Positions 1-11,273 of a stretch of DNA of 64,000 nucleotides are shown piece after piece. The notes under the pieces were generated by a model. It did no database searches. It had not been told where the DNA came from and was given only the letters and a program-made list of their open reading frames with translations. A program made the position numbers and the translations under genes. How positions within the stretch are numbered: the stretch's first letter is position 1; every line of letters begins with the position of its first letter. Origin of the DNA: an uncultured Chloroflexia bacterium (GTDB lineage Bacteria; Chloroflexota; Anaerolineae; B4-G1; SLSP01); the NCBI GenBank assembly GCA_963751345.1, contig CAVVUS010000023.1:64001-128000 (forward strand). The letters run 5' to 3'.

Positions 1-914
1 TGGCCTTTCCGGCTGTGGGGTGGCCACACCAAGTCCGACGCCCACGCTGACCAGCACGCCGCTGCCAACAGTTACCCCGCTGCCGACCTGGACACCCACG
101 CCGGTGCCGACGGCCACGCCCATCCCCCCTGCGGAGATCCGGATCCTGTGGCCTGACCAAGTCTCGCCGCTGGCAGCCCGTGCCCATCGAGGCTGAGTTT
201 GTGCCGCCTCCCGGCGTGAATGCGGCCGCGCGCATTGGCGCCACGGTGATGGATCCGGAGGCCCAAGTGTACGCGTCGTTCTCGCTTTCCGAGCGTGATG
301 GCAACGTCTACCGGTCTCCAGAGCTGCTGCAGCTTCCGCTTGAGCCGCTCTCGGGCTACTGGTGGCTAATCGTCCACGTGGATTCCGGGCTGCAGGTCGT
401 AGGCGATCCGGCTCTCTTCTTTGGGGTCGACCCGGTCGTCTTCCGCGACCTGACCGGCACACTTCCGAGTGCCGTGACGATGCAGGTGCCTGTCGGCTTC
501 GACGAGGTTGTGGCTCAGGGAGATCCCTGGGCCGGGGGACGCGTCTGGGCGCATGGTGGGGGCGAAGTAGCGCTCTGGTGGGCCCCGGGGCCGACAGAGG
601 ATCTCGCCGTGAGTAACGCGCTCGCCATCCTGGAGTCGACTTATGCCGCGGACCCCCGAGGGAGTGACCCGCCGACAGTGTCGGAGTTTCTGCCAATCGA
701 CTGGCAAGGGCGGCCCGGCTTCGCGTTTCCCGAGACGTGGCCAGGCTCGGGCGGTGGACCCGGTCGCGCCTGGGTAATACAGGGTCCGGACTACTGGCTC
801 TATGTCCTGCGGGTAAGGGGAACGGGAATCGACCACATTCCCTCGCTCAACGAGGCCGTGGCGGAGACGTTTGCGCTTGAAAACGTTAACACGTTAACGT
901 TGGTTAGTTCCTGA
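1..914 (+). CDS. Putative lipoprotein with Pro/Thr-rich linker (5' partial, one frameshift near 178)
   Basis: Frame from nt 2 reads GLSGC (lipobox-like) then [35 protein letters not shown] and joins ORF 180..914 by a frameshift. Confidence 0.55.
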
Positions 915-951
915 ACCTGCAAACGTGCTAACGTTCAAACGTTCTAACGCA
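866..951. repeat. Octamer-period AACGTT repeats forming an imperfect inverted repeat
   Basis: aacctgca-aacgtgct-aacgttca-aacgttct-aacgca on the right; gaaaacgtt-aacacgtt-aacgtt on the left. Confidence 0.6.
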
Positions 952-978
952 TCATCTATTCTAGGGAGGGATATATCT

Positions 979-2253
979 ATGTCACAACCGAGCGACAAGC
1001 AGATAGCGGCAGCATATGATCTGGCCAAGGCGCGCTACGCCGCGATGGGTGTGGACACCGACGCGGCACTTGACAAGCTGGCCGCGGTGCCCCTGAGCCT
1101 GCACTGTTGGCAGGGCGACGATGTGGCGGGCTTCGAGGGCCCCGAGGGTGACATTGGGGGCGGGCTCGCCGTCACCGGAAACTACCCCGGCAAGGCGCGC
1201 ACCGCCGACGAGCTGCGCGGCGATCTGGATGAGGCCTTCAGCCTGATTCCGGGCACGCACCGGCTCAACCTTCACGCGATCTATGCCGAGACCGGCGGCG
1301 TCGAGGTGCCGCGTGACCAGCTTGCAGCCCGAGCACTTCTCGCGCTGGATCGGCTGGGCGAAGGCGAACGATCACGGGCTTGACTTCAACCCGACACTTT
1401 TCGCCCACCCGCTGGCCGACGACGGCTTCACACTTTCCAGCTATGACGAGGGTACGCGTCACTTCTGGATCGACCACTGTATCGCCTGCCGCAAGATCGG
1501 CGAGGCGATGGGTAAGGCGCTTGGCACGCCTGCCGTTACCAACATCTGGATTCCCGACGGGTTCAAGGATCTGCCTGTGGATCGCGAGAAGCCACGCATC
1601 TTCCTCCGCGATGCGCTTGACGCCGTCTTCGAGGAGGAGATCGACCCACGCTACAACCTCGACGCGGTCGAGGCCAAGCTCTTCGGCATCGGCTCGGAGA
1701 GCTATGTGACGGGGTCGCACGAGTTCTACATGGGTTACGCGATCACGCGCGAAGAAGCTGTTGACCCTCGACACGGGCCACTTCCACCCCACGGAGAACG
1801 TCTACGACAAGATCTCGGCGGTGATGCTCTACCTGGATGAGATCCTGCTCCACGTAAGCCGCGGCGTCCGCTGGGACAGCGACCACGTGGTGATCCTCTC
1901 CGACCGCGTGCAGCGCCTGATGCAGGAGCTGGTCCGGGGCGACTACCTTGACCGGACGCCACATCGGCCTCGACTACTTCGACGCCAGCATCAACCGCGT
2001 CGCGGCCTGGGTCATCGGTGCACGCGGCGCGCTCCAGGCGCTGCTGATGGCCTTCCTGGAGCCGACCGAGCAACTACGCCAGTTCGACGCGGAGGGCGAC
2101 TACACCCGGCGGCTGGCGACGCTCGAGGCGCTCAAGGGGATGCCGTGGAGCGCCGTCTGGGACGCCTACTGCCTGCGGCAGGGCGTGCCCGTCGGCCTGT
2201 CCTTCATGGACGAGATCGAGACGTACGAGCGCGAGGTGCTGTCGAAGCGCTGA
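979..2253 (+). CDS. rhaA: L-rhamnose isomerase (three frameshifts, near 1321, 1751 and 1960)
   Basis: Motifs [93 protein letters not shown] across consecutive ORFs; GGAGG RBS upstream. Confidence 0.93.
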
Positions 2254-2263
2254 ACGTCGGTTA

Positions 2264-2310
2264 ACGCAGAAGCGCCCGGGGCTCCACTCAAGCCCCGGGC
2301 GCTTCTGCGT
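2264..2310. terminator. Perfect 20-bp hairpin between convergent genes (probable bidirectional terminator)
   Basis: acgcagaagcgcccggggct-ccactca-agccccgggcgcttctgcgt. Confidence 0.75.
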
Positions 2311-2329
2311 GTTGCTTCAGTCTCTTCGG

Positions 2330-5300
2330 CTATCGTCCCCCGCCCGCTCGGTCTCTGCAGCGATAATCGTTTGACCTGGCTCTAAGGGCGCAGGGTAGAT
2401 ACACCTTGTGGGTGGCTTCTCCCACCGTTGTGCCAACCAACGTGACGGCAATGCTGCCTTCATTGATCGCACCCGACACGGGCAGGATCTCGGCAGACTG
2501 TATTCCCTCGCGCATGCTGAACGTCCAGGGTGAGGAAGGCGCCGGACTCTGTTATCGGGGAGGGGGATGCCAGCGCGACGCCGGATTGTGCCGGGGGTAC
2601 TATCGTTGACACTGATAACGTCCCCACCCAAAGTCGTAGTCGTCGTTCCCAGAAGTTCCAGCTTGCTTGGGTCGTACTCCAGTGCTACATCGATGCCCAG
2701 AGGGCCGCTGCCCCATCGGGTCGAGCGCGACGGCCACCGTCGCGCGTCCGTCACTATCAGGCGCGGTGGCCTCGACCCGCAAGGTCGCCTGTCCGCTGGT
2801 CGTCCGGTAGAGGGGCGCGTACTGCGTCCAGTTGCCCGACACGTCGCCGAGCAGCACGCCGGTGAAGTCCTGGTCGCTCTGGCTGGCCCGCAGGTCCGAA
2901 TAGGAGCGGCTGGCTGGCGTGAACTCCCAGACGTGGCTCGATCCGGGGAAGGGCACCGAGATCAAGCCTGACGGCGCTCTGCAGGATGTAGGAGGCGTCC
3001 ATCGAGCTGATGACGCCCGAGCTATCGACGTCGGCGGCATCCGCTGCATGGCCGGTTAGTGTGTGTGTCCCCGCGGCGTGCTGCAGGACCAGCGAGGCAT
3101 CGTAGGCCGTGATGCCTCGGTCGCCATCGGCCTTGGCGGGCGTGACCTCGTAGTCCCCTGCCAGCAGCCCGGTGAAGCCGTACTCGCCAACAGAATCCGT
3201 CGGCGTTGACTCGCTGTCAGCGCCGGTGAGCGAGACAGTGACGCCCTCGATGCCGGTGTTGTCGAGCCAGAAGCGCGCGGCGCCGTCGATATGGACCGTG
3301 CCGACGCTGATATAGCTGGCGCGCGTCAAGCACGTCGGTGCCACCCGGCCCCTGGGCCGTGAGGGTGACGGTGTAGGTTCCCTGGTGCGGTGTAGACGTG
3401 GCTCGGATCCGTGAGGATGCTTGTGCCGCCGTCGCCGAAGGCCCACAGGAGCGACGTATAGTCACCCGTCGACGCATTCGTGAAGGCCACGGTCAGCGGG
3501 CCGACCCCGCCGGTAGGCGTTGCCGTGAAGTTCGCATGGACAGGGTAGGCGATCTCGATCAGACCGTCGTCAAGATCCGCCGGGATCGCACCCTCGTTCA
3601 GGTCGCCCTGCGTCAGCGTGAGCGGCGAGGATTCGCCGGTGGAACCCGTTGCCCGGAACGAGAGCTTGAGGAGTTCTCCGCTGGTCTGCACCGGTGTCGC
3701 GCCTGCGATGGCGATGCGGACGACACCAGGTGTGGTCGTGTTGGCGGCCATACTCCATCCCGGGATGAGATCACCCTTTGACACTGTCGTGATGGTTACC
3801 ACGTTTGGATCGTAGGTGAAGGCGAGGTCGGCAGCGTAGACGTCGCCCGTGGACAAGGATCAGATTGAGCGGAACGGTCACGAGATCGCCCGCCAGGACC
3901 TGAGCATCGGCGAGCGAGAGCGTGGCCGCCGCGTCGACGCCCAGCGGGACCATCGCGGGTGCAAGAGGCGCCCAGTTGCCTGAGGCGTCGCCAAGCAAGA
4001 TGGCGGTGAAGTCTTGCCCCGTCTGGTCCGCAACAAGCCCGGTGTAGGAGCGGGTTTGAGGTGAGAAATCCCAGACCTTGCCTGCACCGGTGAAGGGGAG
4101 CTGGATCAGACCGCACGGCGCGCTGCAGGATGTAGAACGCGTCCATCGATGTGATCTGTCCGTTCCGGTTGACGTCGGCTGCCGTTGCCGCGATAGCCAC
4201 GTGAGCGTAGTTGAGTCCTGCTGCGTGCTGGAGGGCGAGCGATGCGTCGTAGGCGCTGATACCTTCGGTGTCATCGGACTTGCTCGGTGGCGAGCGTGTA
4301 ATCGTCCTCGGGGATGCTCGAGACACGATACGCACCTGTAGCATCGCTGGTTCCGGCGTAGATCCTGTCGCCATCCATCGTGAGTCAGCGTCCCGGAGAC
4401 CGGGGTGCTGCCGGACCAGAAGCGTACGGTGCCGGAGACGCTGTAGACCGAGGCTGACCATGAAGGTGCCGTCGTTCGTCAGCACGGGGATTGCCCCATC
4501 GTTGAAGGAGAGGCTGGTCAGTTGCAGATCGGAGGTGGCGCCGGGGTCCCCGAGGACCTCGAACTGAAGGCATGACCAGGACGCCGGCGCCGGTCACGGT
4601 GCCGCCGCCGCTGGCCATCGAGATCCGGACCTGCCCGGGTGTGCCGGTGTTGGCGACCAGGCTCCAGCCCGGCGTCAGATTACCCACGCTCGCGCCTTGG
4701 GCGCTCAGGACTGCGGCATCGATACGTGACGGTGAGATCGGCGGCTGCCAGACCCGTGACGTTGGCGACGTTGACCGGGATCTGGACGATCGCGTGCTGC
4801 CCGCCTTCCATATCCGGGAGGCCGACCGAGGCCGTGTCACTTTCATAGGCGAACCCCAGGAGGCGCGTGCCGCTCTGCGTGTCAGGGTTGGTGACGACGA
4901 CGTCGACCGTCTCGGGGAAGTGCGGCGGCGTGGTGCACGTGAGCTGCGTGCTGCTCTGCACCGTCACGTCGGAGGCTACCGCGCCGCCGAAGGTGACGCG
5001 TGGCGCCGGCCTTGAAGTTGCTACCGGTCAGCGTGACCTGCGTGCCGCCGTTCGCCGGCCCGCGGCTGGGACTGACGGCGGTGATCACCGGCTGGTCGAC
5101 CACGAGGACCTGATGCGGGAAGTCGGCGCGCCCGCTGCTGGCGATGCCGACGCCGTCGCTGGCGACGATGTAGTACTCGAGCCCCGGCGAGGCGATCTTC
5201 GAGCCCTCGATGGTGGCCGAATAGCGATTCCCCGTCGTGTGCGCCATTGCCCGGCTCGTATAGCTCGAGCCGCCGAGGGTGCGGAAGTACAGCGTGACGC

Positions 5301-8300
5301 CCTGGACAGCGACGTTGTCGGTCACGTCGGCAAAGAGCGTCAGGGCGAGTCCCGGAGGCGCCTGGGCCACCGGCGTGTGGTTGATGGTCGGTGGAATCGT
5401 GTCGATCGGTGTGGCCGTGGCGACATTGGAGAAGTCCGACTCCATCATATCGCTCTTGATGATAGTGAACTTGTAGTAGTACGGTTGCCCGGGTTGCACA
5501 TCAGTGTCTCGATAGGTTCGTTGGTCCGATGGAATGATCGAGGCGTTGATGCGGGTGTATGTGCCGTCCTGATTGGTGGTGCGGTAGAGGTTGAAGCCCG
5601 AGAGCAGATCGAAATCGTCCTGCGTCCAGGAGAGGTCGACGTAGCCCTCACCGCCCGTCGCCTGGAGGTTCATGGCTTCGGTGCCGGAGGTGATGATCTC
5701 GAAACGGAAGCGCTCCGAGTCGTCACCCGTCACCAGCCACGGATCATCGGCAGCTACGGCGCTTGCGATGCGGATCGAACTGATAGCCATCGCCAACGAT
5801 CGGGCTGACGCTGTAAGTGCCGACCCAGGTGACGGGGTTACTGCCAGTCACCGTGGATAGCGAAGTCGGTGCAAGGTACGTCAGGGCCGAAGGAGACAGC
5901 GGGTTGGACGGTGACGTCCATATCCCGATTGAACATCACCGTGAACGTAACTAGTTCTGGCGCCGACGATCGTTGCATCAGACTTGGTTGAAGTAGTGAG
6001 GACAATGTCAACGACGAAGGGATAGGTGGTTGCAGCCGGGCTACTAAGGATTGGTTGGTAGACAATGCGGGCACGGTTGAAGTCATCATTGCCGTCCAAG
6101 ATTGCTGCGTCAATAAGATTGGTTGATGTCGTGCCCCAGAAGTTTCCAGCCAGACCGAAGTAGGCTTCTCTGCTCGCTTCAATGGCTGGACTGAATCGCA
6201 TCCACTGGCTGGTGTCTGGATGCCAGTACCTTGAGAGAAAGGCATTGTCTCTGTGTGGTCCCAGTGTGACAGCATCACTACTACTACCGAATTCGTCTGT
6301 GAGCTCCCAACCTAGAGGTCTGCCTCTGGCCCCCTGCAAAAATACCGTATTGACGACCGAAGGTATGTTGCCCTTGACATTCGACTCCCAGCGATCATTG
6401 AACGGCTTGTGGAGCGAATCGACCAATACTGTGTCCATGTCGCCTGGGCCAAAGCCGTATGGATAGTCTGGGTCGTTGGGAAGCTTGTGGAGAATGGTGT
6501 CGGTCATTGAGCGGGCGTAGATACCCCATTCTCCGCTGTCGTAGTCGAAGTAGCTGTGATCTATCGATGTGATTGTCCCCACCTGTGGGTTTCGGATCTC
6601 AGTGTAATGTAGTTCCGTGGTCGCCATGTTCGTGATGTGAGTGCCTGCGCCAGCGGTTGCCCAACGGAATGATGGGAAGAGCTCTACCGGTTCCTCTACT
6701 GACCCCTGAGTGACGAGACTCCCCTCCACCTGCAGGTATGCATCCGGGTAACTGCTATATGGGTCATTCGGGTCTCCGCTCCAGAATTGCACCTGTGTCC
6801 CTTCAGTCACCGTAACGTGGCACCTCAGCCTCGATCAGCGTGGCGTCAGGGATCAGGTAGTAGTAGTCTTTGGTGAGGGTTATATCTTCACCGATAATGC
6901 GTGGCAGCTCGTGCCCGCGTTGGACGATCAGGGAGAAGCGTGATTCGAAGTGGTACGCGGTCGTGTCTGCCGGATCCAGGCCGTTACGGGCTTCCGTCAT
7001 CAGCTTGAAGGCGATGACGTGGTCGTTGGGGGTGGTGATGGCGGTCGTGAAGCGGAAGGGATTGCGGACTCCCGTGATGACGCCCTCACTATCATAGACG
7101 AAACCGTTGTCGTCGATATTGAAGCTGCCGACTGCGCCGTACGAGACCGTATCGGTGATCATAGTCACGTAGGGGTCCGGGAACTCCGCCCCCACTGCCC
7201 AGGGCTCCAGCGTGACCGTCACCGGATCGGCCTTGCCCCAGTGGTTGCGGATGACGATCGCGAGGTCGATCGTCTCGCCGGCATCGACGATGCCGTCATC
7301 GTCGTTAAACGTGCTCTGCTCGGCGGTATCGAAGAGTCCAGTGCTCAAGATAACTGAGTTCGGGCTCAGGGGCGACGGTGAGTGCATCGTAGGCGTCTAC
7401 CACAGGAGAAGCGTTGGATGCGATCTGTCCCATAATGAAGCGTGAGGAGAAGATGTCTTTGTCAGTCCATTGGTGCGGCACAGGGCGGCGATGCCGGCGA
7501 CGACCGGTGTGGCCATCGAGGTGCCGTCCCAGGCGGCGTAGCCTTCATTGGGCAGCGTACTCCACACATCCACGCCCGGCGCCAGGACCTCGTACTCGTG
7601 CGAGTCGTGGGGCACGCAGTCGTAGTTGGAGAAGGATGCTCGCCCGCCCCCGCTGGTGGACGCCATCACGCCCAGGACCCAGTTGTAGGCAGCAGGATAC
7701 ATATCTCGCCCGAGGGGGCACGGCAGGTTGGCCTTGCCATCATTGCCGGAAGCCGCGACCAACACCGCTTGTCCGAAGGCCACCGCCAGCGCGTCTTCCT
7801 CGACTTGACTTCGCGCGTAGCCCCCAAACGACATATTGATGACGTCGGCGCCCTTCTCGACAGCGTAGTAGATGGCCTCGGCGATATCAGAGCTGGCCAG
7901 GACGCCCGAGTACTGCGCGGCCTTGAGCGCCATGATCTGCACGTTATATGCCACGCCGACGCCGCCCTCGCCGTTGCCCGCCTGCGCAGCGATGATGCCC
8001 GCCACGTGCGTGCCATGGCCGTGGTCGTCCTGGGGGTCGCCGTCGGGATAGACGGTGTCGGCACCGTGGATGTCGTCAACGAAGCCATTGCCGTCGTCGT
8101 CGACGCCGGGCGTGCCGTTGAATTCCGGCACGTTCACCCACATGTTGGCCGCGAGGTCGGGATGGGTGTAGTCGACGCCGGTGTCGATGACGGCGACCAC
8201 GACGTCGCGGCTGCCGCCCGGCGCGTAGCCGTTGTCCTCTAGCCACTGCCACGCTTGCGGGACGTTGGTCGCGCCGAGATGCCACTGCTGGCTGTAGAGC

Positions 8301-9102
8301 GGATCGGTACCTGCGCCGGGCAAAGCCAACGGCGCCGCGGTTGGCACGTCAAAGGGTTCGGGCAAGACGCCGCCCTCCGGCTTGCGGAGGAAATCCGGCT
8401 CAGCGTATGCGATCTGGGGGTCGGCTTGCAGAGCCTCTACCACGGCGTAGACATCGGCGGTTTTAGCCATCGTCGCCCTGTACCACAGGGTGAGATCGGG
8501 CTCCGGGAGCTCTTTCCCGTCGGGATTCACGATTGTGGCATTCCGCTGGGGCGGCAGCGCACCGGGGAATACGCGCTCAAGGCTCTCGACGCCTTGGGCA
8601 GCCATCATTTGTTGAGCGCCGTGCTGCGGGTCCACGCGCCGGCTCGGGCAGGTTGATCGACCGTGACCTCGGGCGCGAACTTGACCAGCACCTGGCCCGC
8701 CATTGCGTCGCAGCCTCCCGGCGGACACGGGTGCTCGCGGTTGCCGAGTTCGTCAAAGGGCGAGTAAGCGTGGTCGGGAATGCCCTGGGCGGGGTCGGTG
8801 CGCTGCGGGCCATGGACGTCCGGCTGAACGCTTCCGATCGTTCCGACAAGTTGAGCTGGGTAGGCGCCCTCTTGTATTGCCGTCTCAAGCGAAGTCGTGC
8901 CCATTTCACTTGGGGGTGGGTCGCTGACTTGCGGATCTTCTTCGACGTCGTCGAGAATCGGTATCTGTCTAGACTGAGGGACGACATCGGCTGGGAGAGC
9001 TGACATCTCAGTGGAAACGTCAGCGGCTACGTAGGCATTGGCGGGTGACAAGAGTCCGAGCAGCAACAGGGCGTTGAGCGTGAGGCGTAACGGGTACTTC
9101 AC
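2330..9102 (-). CDS. Giant secreted S8 (subtilisin-like) serine peptidase, about 2,250 aa, with FN3-like, Ig-like, IPT/TIG and PKD domains plus three cohesin-like and two dockerin-like modules (many frameshifts)
   Basis: Signal peptide MKYPLRLTLNALLLLGLLSPANA; S8 triad VAVIDTGVD / HGHGTHVAG / GTSMATP and oxyanion ASGNDG; FN3-like GEGYVDLSWTQ...SDFSN; IPT PVITAVSPSRGPANGGTQVTLTGSNF; PKD ANFTATPTGGVGPLTVAFTNASTG...WAFGDG; cohesin-like AADLTVTYD, AADLAFTYDPNVV, GIDVALEYDPSKL; dockerin-like ISAYDAS...AADVNRNGQITSMDA and ITAYDAS...AADVDSSGVISSMDA. The fragments overlap in order. Confidence 0.8.
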
Positions 9103-9275
9103 TGTTCCTCCAGGTGGCTGATGGTGAGAGTGACTCGCCGCCTTATGGGAATCTAGCCTCTTCGGCAGTGAGTCAACTGGTACGAATGTTCGGGCACAGT
9201 GTCAGTGGGCCAGCGCCCCTTGCTGTAGTGGACTCGCTATCTGCGTTGTGGGGCTCAACGATCAATCTATCTTTC

Positions 9276-9303
9276 AGCATAGACTGCTTCAATTCGTTGT
9301 CAA
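9276..9303 (-). promoter_or_regulatory. Putative sigma70 promoter for the S8 protease gene
   Basis: Minus strand TTGACA-16 nt-TATGCT, about 170 nt upstream of the GTG start. Confidence 0.45.
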
Positions 9304-9505
9304 CAAGGCTGATATACCATCTTGATGCACGTAAAGATGTGTGGGTTTGGGCAAACGTGTCAGAACAGCATGGATTCTAGGATGATGGTGAGTGTCGAGG
9401 ATGGATAGACAAAGCAGAGAGTCCAATACTATGGCTTCTAGGCTCTCTATATCATCTGACGCCGGCGGCTTTGATCTGAGCCCTTCTTGCACGACAGGGG
9501 GTAGC

Positions 9506-10423
9506 TTAGGATCGCAGGTCGGGCATCTGCCAGGTGGTGCATGTGGCGCTGGGCATCGCATCGTACGGGTTCGCGTGTTGCCCCACCATGCGAGATCGTA
9601 GTGCAAGCAACCGCCGGACGCGTTCCTCGGTCCGCGGGTGAGTGCGGAGGAGCGAGCCGCCCTGGGTTTGGTAGGTCGGCAGTAGAAACCGGCGCAGCAG
9701 GGATTCCTGCTGCGCCTCCATCTTCTGCAGGGCGATGGCCAATGCCTCTGGGTCGCCGGTTAGCCTCACGGCTCCCAGATCTGCCTGGAACTCCCGAGAT
9801 CTCGAAAGCGCCAGTTGCAGCAGGTTGGTCAGCGTCGGGGCGGCAATCAGCAGCAGCACGCCCAACCACGGAAACGTCCGCAATCCCATCAACAGCAGCG
9901 GTAGGTTGACCAGAAATAGGAGTCGTCCCAGCGTAGCGAGCAGGCTTGTCAGTCGTCCGATGAGGGTCGCCACGCTCATCACGCGTACATCGTTGTCGCC
10001 AATGTGCGCGATCTCGTGGGCCAGGACGGCCTCGAGCTCCCTCGGGCCGAGATACCGCAGCATCCCGTCCGTCAGGGCTAGTGCGGCGTGGTCGCGGGGG
10101 CCAACGGAAAAAGCGTTCATCGCGCCGTTGGGGATGTAGTAGAGCTGGGGGGTATGTGAAAGCCCCGCCTGGTCCGCGAGTGCCTCGACCATCCTGTACA
10201 CGGTCGGTGTCTCCCATCCGGAGAGGCGCCGTGCGCCACTCATCGCCATCGCCACTTCGGGTGAGAGCCCATGCCAGAAAAGCATAAACGGGAGTGCGAC
10301 GACGATACTCCACAGAATGCCCGTTAGGCCGCCAAACAGATAGCCTAACAGTCCCAAGATCAGAAGCATTCCCGCGAACAGCAGAACGGTCTGTGCCAGG
10401 TTCCGAAGTCTATGTCCTTCCAT
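9506..10423 (-). CDS. htpX: HtpX-like M48 zinc metalloprotease
   Basis: N-terminal TM helices, NAF motif, HEIAH zinc motif, SRSREFQAD, THP near the C-terminus. Confidence 0.85.
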   Translation of the reverse strand: MEGHRLRNLAQTVLLFAGMLLILGLLGYLFGGLTGILWSIVVALPFMLFWHGLSPEVAMAMSGARRLSGWETPTVYRMVEALADQAGLSHTPQLYYIPNGAMNAFSVGPRDHAALALTDGMLRYLGPRELEAVLAHEIAHIGDNDVRVMSVATLIGRLTSLLATLGRLLFLVNLPLLLMGLRTFPWLGVLLLIAAPTLTNLLQLALSRSREFQADLGAVRLTGDPEALAIALQKMEAQQESLLRRFLLPTYQTQGGSLLRTHPRTEERVRRLLALRSRMVGQHANPYDAMPSATCTTWQMPDLRS

Positions 10424-10548
10424 AGTCCCTCTACTCACTCACCGACTACGCATCCCAACCTTATTTGGTATCTTGACGCCACACCGCGATACTGCCTTAC
10501 GTGCGCCCGACCTACGCCGGGCTGCCGCTGCCGGCCCCATATATAAGA

Positions 10549-10599
10549 CATCCCTCAGCACGCTGAGGGATCTTCACGACCCCCGGACGCTGAGGGATG
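10549..10599. terminator. Hairpin with one arm and two alternative partner arms, downstream of hsp20
   Basis: catccctcagc (10549-10559) can pair with gctgagggat at 10562-10571 or at 10589-10598. Confidence 0.45.
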
Positions 10600-10621
10600 C
10601 CGGCTTGTTGCGCGCTTTTGG

Positions 10622-11125
10622 TTACGACGCGTGCTTGACCGTGATCTTCCTGACGCGAGATGTCTCCGCTTTCGGCAGCGTGACGGTCAACACACCATTG
10701 TTGTAGATGGCTTCAGCCTTGTCGGCTTTCACCTCGGACGGCAACTGAACGACACGGCGGAATGAGCCGTAGCTCCGCTCCATCCGGTAGCTGTTGCCCT
10801 CTTGCTGCTCGGACTCGGTCCTCTTCTCCCCGCGGATGATCAACGTAGTGTCATCCACGCTGAGTTCGACATCGTCCTCGGTCATGCCGGGCAACTCCGC
10901 CGAGATGCGCACCTCTTTGTCGGTCTCGACAACGTCCACGCGGGGTATGAACCCCATATGGCCTTCCTCTGTCCAGATCGGCGATAGTCCGAGTTCATGT
11001 CCCAGAAGGTCATCGAACAAGCGATGCATATCTCGTTCGAAAACATCGATACCATACCCTGGCTCACTGCTCGGGCGGTCTGCGCTCCTTCTTTCGTGTC
11101 TCCAAGGAATCAGACTCATTGACAT
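10622..11125 (-). CDS. Hsp20/alpha-crystallin small heat-shock protein
   Basis: PRVDVVETD, AELPGM, RMERSYGSFRRVVQLP, NNGVLTVTLPK. Confidence 0.93.
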   Translation of the reverse strand: MSMSLIPWRHERRSADRPSSEPGYGIDVFERDMHRLFDDLLGHELGLSPIWTEEGHMGFIPRVDVVETDKEVRISAELPGMTEDDVELSVDDTTLIIRGEKRTESEQQEGNSYRMERSYGSFRRVVQLPSEVKADKAEAIYNNGVLTVTLPKAETSRVRKITVKHAS

Positions 11126-11273
11126 GTTCCTACCTCCTATCTCCCGATATGGGTGATACTCTTACTCCAACAATCTGCATGCTAGAGCGAGCACATTAGA
11201 ATGAGATAGGAGGAACATTAGAGATACCTTAGTATCGGGAGGTGGGCAGGGAGGGACAGACTGGCGACGGCAA

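Noticed and set aside
2330-9102. Classical cellulosome scaffoldin
   Set aside because: The only recognisable catalytic domain is an S8 peptidase; no CBM3 or glycoside hydrolase motif was seen in it or nearby.
9103-9275. Riboswitch in the protease leader
   Set aside because: Only a short hairpin is visible; I recognised no c-di-GMP, SAM, TPP or T-box consensus.
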